Below are positions 59,071-64,000 of a DNA stretch of 64,000 nt, one piece after another (positions within the stretch are counted from its first letter, which is position 1; each line of letters begins with the position of its first letter). The DNA comes from the human T2T-CHM13v2.0 reference genome, Homo sapiens: NCBI RefSeq assembly GCF_009914755.1, contig NC_060926.1, one strand, 5' to 3'. Position numbers and translations under genes: made by a program. The notes beneath the pieces are model-generated. The model worked only from the letters and a program-made list of their open reading frames with translations, did not search any database and was not told the origin of the DNA.

Positions 59071-61589
59071 CCCTAAAATGAGCTGTAGTGAACATGTTCT
59101 GTTTACAAGATTGACAAGTGAGCTATGTTGTATTTCATTTGAAAGAAAGAAATTTATAACATTGCAAAGTATTGCTTTAATCTTCTGAAAGAAATTAGAG
59201 AGCAGCATTGTTTCCTGTGTATGTACAAAGCATTTTATATATTAAAGCATCTTCACTTTTTAATGATCATTTCTCAAATTTGGAAATATAGTGTAGTATC
59301 AGTGGCGTATAAGGAAATTTTATCACATATCTAAAATGTTCTGTTGTTTTCATAGATATCTAAAAGGATGTTTCAATAACAAGCTTAATTTTGCAAATGG
59401 GTAGTAGTTTTTTTAACATACAAATCGCTTCTTAATATTCTACTGTTTCATTACGACACTTATTTCAAAAATTCACCTTCTGTAGCAGTGACAAAAGTTC
59501 CTGGCCCTAAAAATGAGTGACTAACAAAGATGTTCCTATCTTTGCTTGTCAACAAACAGTAAATATGAAAGAGGGAAGATGAGTTGTCAAGCCATTGTGG
59601 CATGACCTTACCTTGATTGTACCTCTCTCTTGTTCACACAATACTGATTCTCTATAACCACAGAGCAAAAGATGGAATGCTATACCAACGAGTATCTGTT
59701 AAAATATATACGTCAATACAATGTTTTAAGTAAGTAAAAATGGAGTATTAATTAGAAACCAATGGAATAAAATCAGACTGTTTTAGCTTGCCAAAGATGT
59801 TACCTGTGTGTCAAAAGAAGTGTTTATGACCAGCATGTTAGTATTGCATGCCAGTAATCTGAGCAGGTGGTCATTAGAGGCTTATGCTAGAAGCCAGATC
59901 GTTTTCCCCATGAATAGCTTGGTAAGGTCTAAGCACTTATTTCTTCCTGAATTAAAAATTATTCCACTTAGAATTGCCAAAGTACCTGTCCATAATGCCA
60001 AGGAAGTGTTTTAGCAGTTCCCCTTCACAGACTGAGAATGATTTACTGTGTTCAGAATTTTTCAATCTGTCTTATTGGATAAACTCAAAATATCTGCTTT
60101 ATTGGATAAATTCAAAATCTCTGTTAGGTGCCTCCTTTCTTCTTTACAAACAGCATAATTGAAAGCATTGTTTTGGTAGAATCTTCTCAGAAGACCACAT
60201 TATCACCATTTAAATTAGCCCCAATTCATTTTACATTTGCTTATTTTACTGTTAACTTTCCCAGAACTATTTTTTTTTTTACAATTAGAACATCTGAATT
60301 TTAATTACATTACCATCAAGAAGCTCATTAAAGTCACTTAATTGGCAACATTTCCAAAAAAACCTTAGCTGGGTTTAATATATTTTAAAGAGTTACTGTC
60401 AAAGTATAATTTCACCATTACAAACAGCTTGGCAACAACATTTGCATAAAGATCTGTCAGTTTCTGAAAAATGCTCAAATGTTGGGAAAATCAGATTCGT
60501 TAAGTCGCCTTTACTGATACTGTCTAGAAATGGAGAAATTGTCATATATATTCATCGTTGTAACCCCTCCAGTACCCAGAATACTACTGTGCACAGCATA
60601 GGTATTCAATAAATGTTTTCTTAAGGAAATAAATAATGCATTTTATAAATAAGGGTAGGTTTTAAAAAAAAATTTTTAAACTCCAATAAAAGTTCTCTCA
60701 TTTGTGTTAAATTTAACCAAATACTCATTTGCTTGCTGCTTTTTTTCTTATTTACTCTAAGAAATATTTGATGGTCATCTAGAATTTTGAAACCTTTAAA
60801 AATAGCTCTCAGGCCAGCCGTGTGGGACTAAAATTTGAAATAATGTTTAGAAATTAATTGTTTTATGGCTTCCCTCTTACACTAGACTTTTTTTGAGGGG
60901 AGGTCTTACCTACAGTACCTAAAATAGTGGCTTGCAATTGCAGTCACTGAATGAGTGAATGAATGAATGAAAATCTTGTTTGTCATGTGTGAAGGATAAT
61001 TATACTTTGCAGCTTTAATTAGGCTATTGGGATACCCCCTTTTCCATGTCTCATATCCAATAATAAAATGTGGTAAATGATAATTATTATTATACTCCAG
61101 CTTCCTAAAGATAGAAAAGGCAAGATATTTTTAAATCTTTCTTTTAGCTTGGCATTTTCTACTTAAAATCTCTCCCTTTTGTACTTCATGTACCTTTTAT
61201 CTTTCTAGACAAAATAAGAATCTAATAAAGCTTTATGAAAGGTGAACACTTAAAAAACTGCCATGCAAGTTGCTGCCTTGCTCTTACTACATCCTCAAAG
61301 TCTTGCACAGTGTTTGATATACAATCAGACTCAGTAAATGTTTGTTGAATGAATGAATGAATAAATAACTGAAAACATATTTACAGTTTTGAGGAAGACC
61401 TGGGAAATTCTACCTGAGGGGGTCAGGGAAGGCTTCATCAACAGTAATGTAGAAAACCTGAATCTTCCATGAACACAAAGGTATTCATTAATTCAACAAT
61501 TGGTGAATTTCTGTGATATGCCACATTCCAAGACAAGGGTGGTGAAGATTTCTCTAGGGTAGCATTAGGAAGATTTTCTCTAAGGTAGC

Positions 61590-61740
61590 ACTAGTGTGTT
61601 CAGCAGCACTTTCTGTGATGATGAAAATGTTCTACATCGACATTGTCCAATATGGTGCTGACTAACCATGTGGCTACTGAGCAGAGAAATGTGGCAAGTA
61701 GGACTGAAGAGCTGAATTGTAATTTTATCTAATTTTAATC
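61590..61740. mobile_element. MER3-like hAT-Charlie fragment
   Basis: ACTTTCTGTGATGATGAAAATGTTCTA..TGTCCAATATGGT..CATGTGGCTACTGAGCA. Confidence 0.75.
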
Positions 61741-63334
61741 TAAGGGTCTATAGAAGCTGGTGTCAGGAAAAGGGTTTGGAAAATATGCATGGGGACGGAT
61801 CGTCAAGGGCTCTCTCTGTCATGCTGATTTTGAATATTATTTTTTAGGCAACGGAGAATCATCGAAGGGTTCTAAGTGGGAAAATGACACTATTAGTTTT
61901 GTCTCAGCAGTTCCCTCTGTGGCAGTGGGAGCAAAGGCCTGAGGCTGGAGACAACTTACTGCAGATCAATATTAGAATCCAGTTTTGCAAATGTCACAAA
62001 GGCAGAAAATAAGTTGGAGAAATAAGATTTTTGTTCTTTCTATTTGTAATGACCCTGTGGTATCCCTAGATAAAGTATTAGAAAATGACTGGTTATTTTT
62101 CTCTCCCTAGGTGGAGAGAGTGAATGATGAGAAAACTATGAGAAAATCTCTTGGGCTTGCTTCAGAGGCTGCTGTGTGCAGAACAGAGAGAGAAGGTGGT
62201 AGCTTACTCTGGTCCTCAGGGCAACAGCCATTGCATGGAGGAAGAAAAGAGGGGCTGTGGCCAGTCCTGAATCTGGGAAGGTGTTGTCCAGAATTCCTGA
62301 CCACCACAGAACATCCCTTCCTGATGTGTGAGGTGGAGCTATGTGGCCTGAGTTAGGGGCAATGGTTTCAGAAAGCTGAAGTGGAAACAATGCTGGATTG
62401 GAAAAAGTCAGAAAACTCTAGAGAAGACTGCATTTGTGCTCTCTGTGGTCTTCCTGCTGTAATGTTCCAGGCCAGGATTGGTTCTTCTGGGTATAAGTCA
62501 TGAGGGGATTCAACCTGCACCTGGAAAGAAGGTATCAAGCTAGGGATGGGGAGAAATTACCCAGGGCAATCCAGTGCTGGGGATTACACAATGAAAAGTC
62601 CCTTAGACAGCAGTGTGGTGGATACTTCCACCAACATTCATTCAGTAAATATCTTCTGGTGACCTGGTATGGATCTTTTAATTCTGAGGCAATCACAGAG
62701 ATGGCAGGTCACCAGTAGTTTCTAACTGAAGGTGGTAGTAACTGGCAATGCATTGCTTTAGGACTGTAGGCATTACAGCTATTTTTTTCAATATGAACTT
62801 TATAATGTAGAACTAAGACCCCAGAAAAACCTCATAGATATAAAATTTTCCTCTCTAGCTATTGATGTCATTTTATTTACTTATTTATTTTTGTTTGGTT
62901 TGATTTGGTTATGGGTTAGCAATCTGAAAGCAGTTACCATTACTAATTCTAAAAATGGATTCAAAATAGGAACACTTCCAAATTAGAAGCATTTTTTTAA
63001 AAGGAGTCTGAATTCAAAAGTCTGACTTTATCTTTATCAAATGCTTTTGGCAATGTTGAAGAAATCTTCTGGGAGAAATGTAATAAACATTTCTTGGAGG
63101 GACAGCATAGAGTGCAAACATCTCAAACGTGATTCACTTGCATTTTCTGAACAATGCTTTTGCCTACTCTGAGCTGTTGGTTCCAGTATTTGGAGTTCTC
63201 ATGACAGAAATCCAAAACCACTTCTAGATTCTTCTCCTCCATGACCACCCTAATGTTATTCATGCACTTGCTTTGCACAAACACCTCTTTCTGTGATAAA
63301 ACCTGGAACCTGAAATCAATGAATACAGACAACA

Positions 63335-63632
63335 CAATAGCACTTGAACTTCTGACTTTATTATTTTTCTTCAAATGAACAGGTGATAAAACACTGTGTC
63401 CAAAGCAAAATGCATGACTCCCTTTTCTCTTCTTTCACAGAGTACCAGAAAATGTAAACAATATTTAGCTTGAACTTCTGAGTCCTCATCTTTTTTTTAA
63501 CAGCCTTTAGAACAACATTAATTTGTTTGTTTATACTAGCATTTTACAACATAAAAAATAAAATAAGCAAACTGTCTGAGGGGTTTATATAAGGTTTTCA
63601 GATTCTGATACAGGCTTGCATCTGCATCGTTT
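63335..63632 (-). other. FAP: FAP 3'UTR
   Basis: Between the FAP stop codon and a polyA site; cleavage position approximate. Confidence 0.8.
63357..63362 (-). terminator. FAP: FAP polyadenylation signal AATAAA
   Basis: AATAATAAAGTCAGAAG followed by GU-rich TATTGTGTTGTCTGT. Confidence 0.85.
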
Positions 63633-63734
63633 TTAGTCTGACAAAGAGAAACACTGCTTTAGGAAGTGGGTCATGTGGGTGTATAAGTGGTTCGTGGACA
63701 GGCCGGATAAGCCGTGGTTCTGGTCAGAGTACCA
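63633..63734 (-). CDS. FAP: Fibroblast activation protein alpha (prolyl endopeptidase), last coding exon; the gene continues beyond the window
   Basis: TTTGTGTTTCAG acceptor, then WYSDQNHGLSGLSTNHLYTHMTHFLKQCFSLSD*; S9B C-terminus with catalytic His (NHG, H734); DPP4 would read WYTDEDHGI...CFSLP. Confidence 0.97.
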   Translation of the reverse strand, partial: WYSDQNHGLSGLSTNHLYTHMTHFLKQCFSLSD

Positions 63735-64000
63735 CTGAAACACAAAGAAAAAAGCTTGTTTTATTCCTGCAGTCATCAAATGCATTTAGCTTGGACTTTT
63801 TTGTGCTCTCAGGACCTGATAATCTTTCTATTATGGGGAAACTGTACCTAAGAACACTCAAATAAGTAAAATAGCTTACATGTAAATATTTACAGCAGGA
63901 AGAGCTTTCGTTAACCTCCACTACTGTTTCACATGCTTTAAACATATTTTAGATCTCAGTGGCTGAGATCTCGCATCATCCAGCATCCTGGAAGATCAGG

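Noticed and set aside
63633-63734. DPP4 as identity of the terminal S9B exon
   Set aside because: The sequence SDQNHGLSG...CFSLSD is FAP; no DPP4 exon was recognised in the window

Overview
Primate, almost certainly human, genomic DNA from the proglucagon locus (the DPP4-GCG-FAP cluster on human 2q24; DPP4 itself is not in the window). The complete six-exon GCG gene lies on the minus strand (about 35521-44895). Its 543-nt spliced CDS encodes the 180-aa preproglucagon (glucagon, GLP-1, GLP-2), and the TATA box and G1-G4/CRE-like promoter elements are recognisable. The last coding exon and 3'UTR of FAP (catalytic His, missed by the ORF track) lie at about 63335-63734, also on the minus strand. 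The rest is AT-rich, CpG-poor DNA with Alu, L1, L2/MIR, MaLR/ERVL LTRs and hAT/Tigger fossils; repeat family names are from memory of consensus sequences and boundaries are approximate. No clearly new biological system is demonstrable. The best leads are: (1) an 80-codon AUG-initiated ORF crossing the GCG promoter and exon 1 that splices in frame into preproglucagon; (2) immediate stop codons at every GCG coding donor site, with intronic polyA signals in introns 3-5; (3) an unexplained exact 23-bp direct repeat 11-12 kb upstream of GCG; (4) an unidentified polyadenylated retrocopy fragment truncating a MER6/Tigger element.
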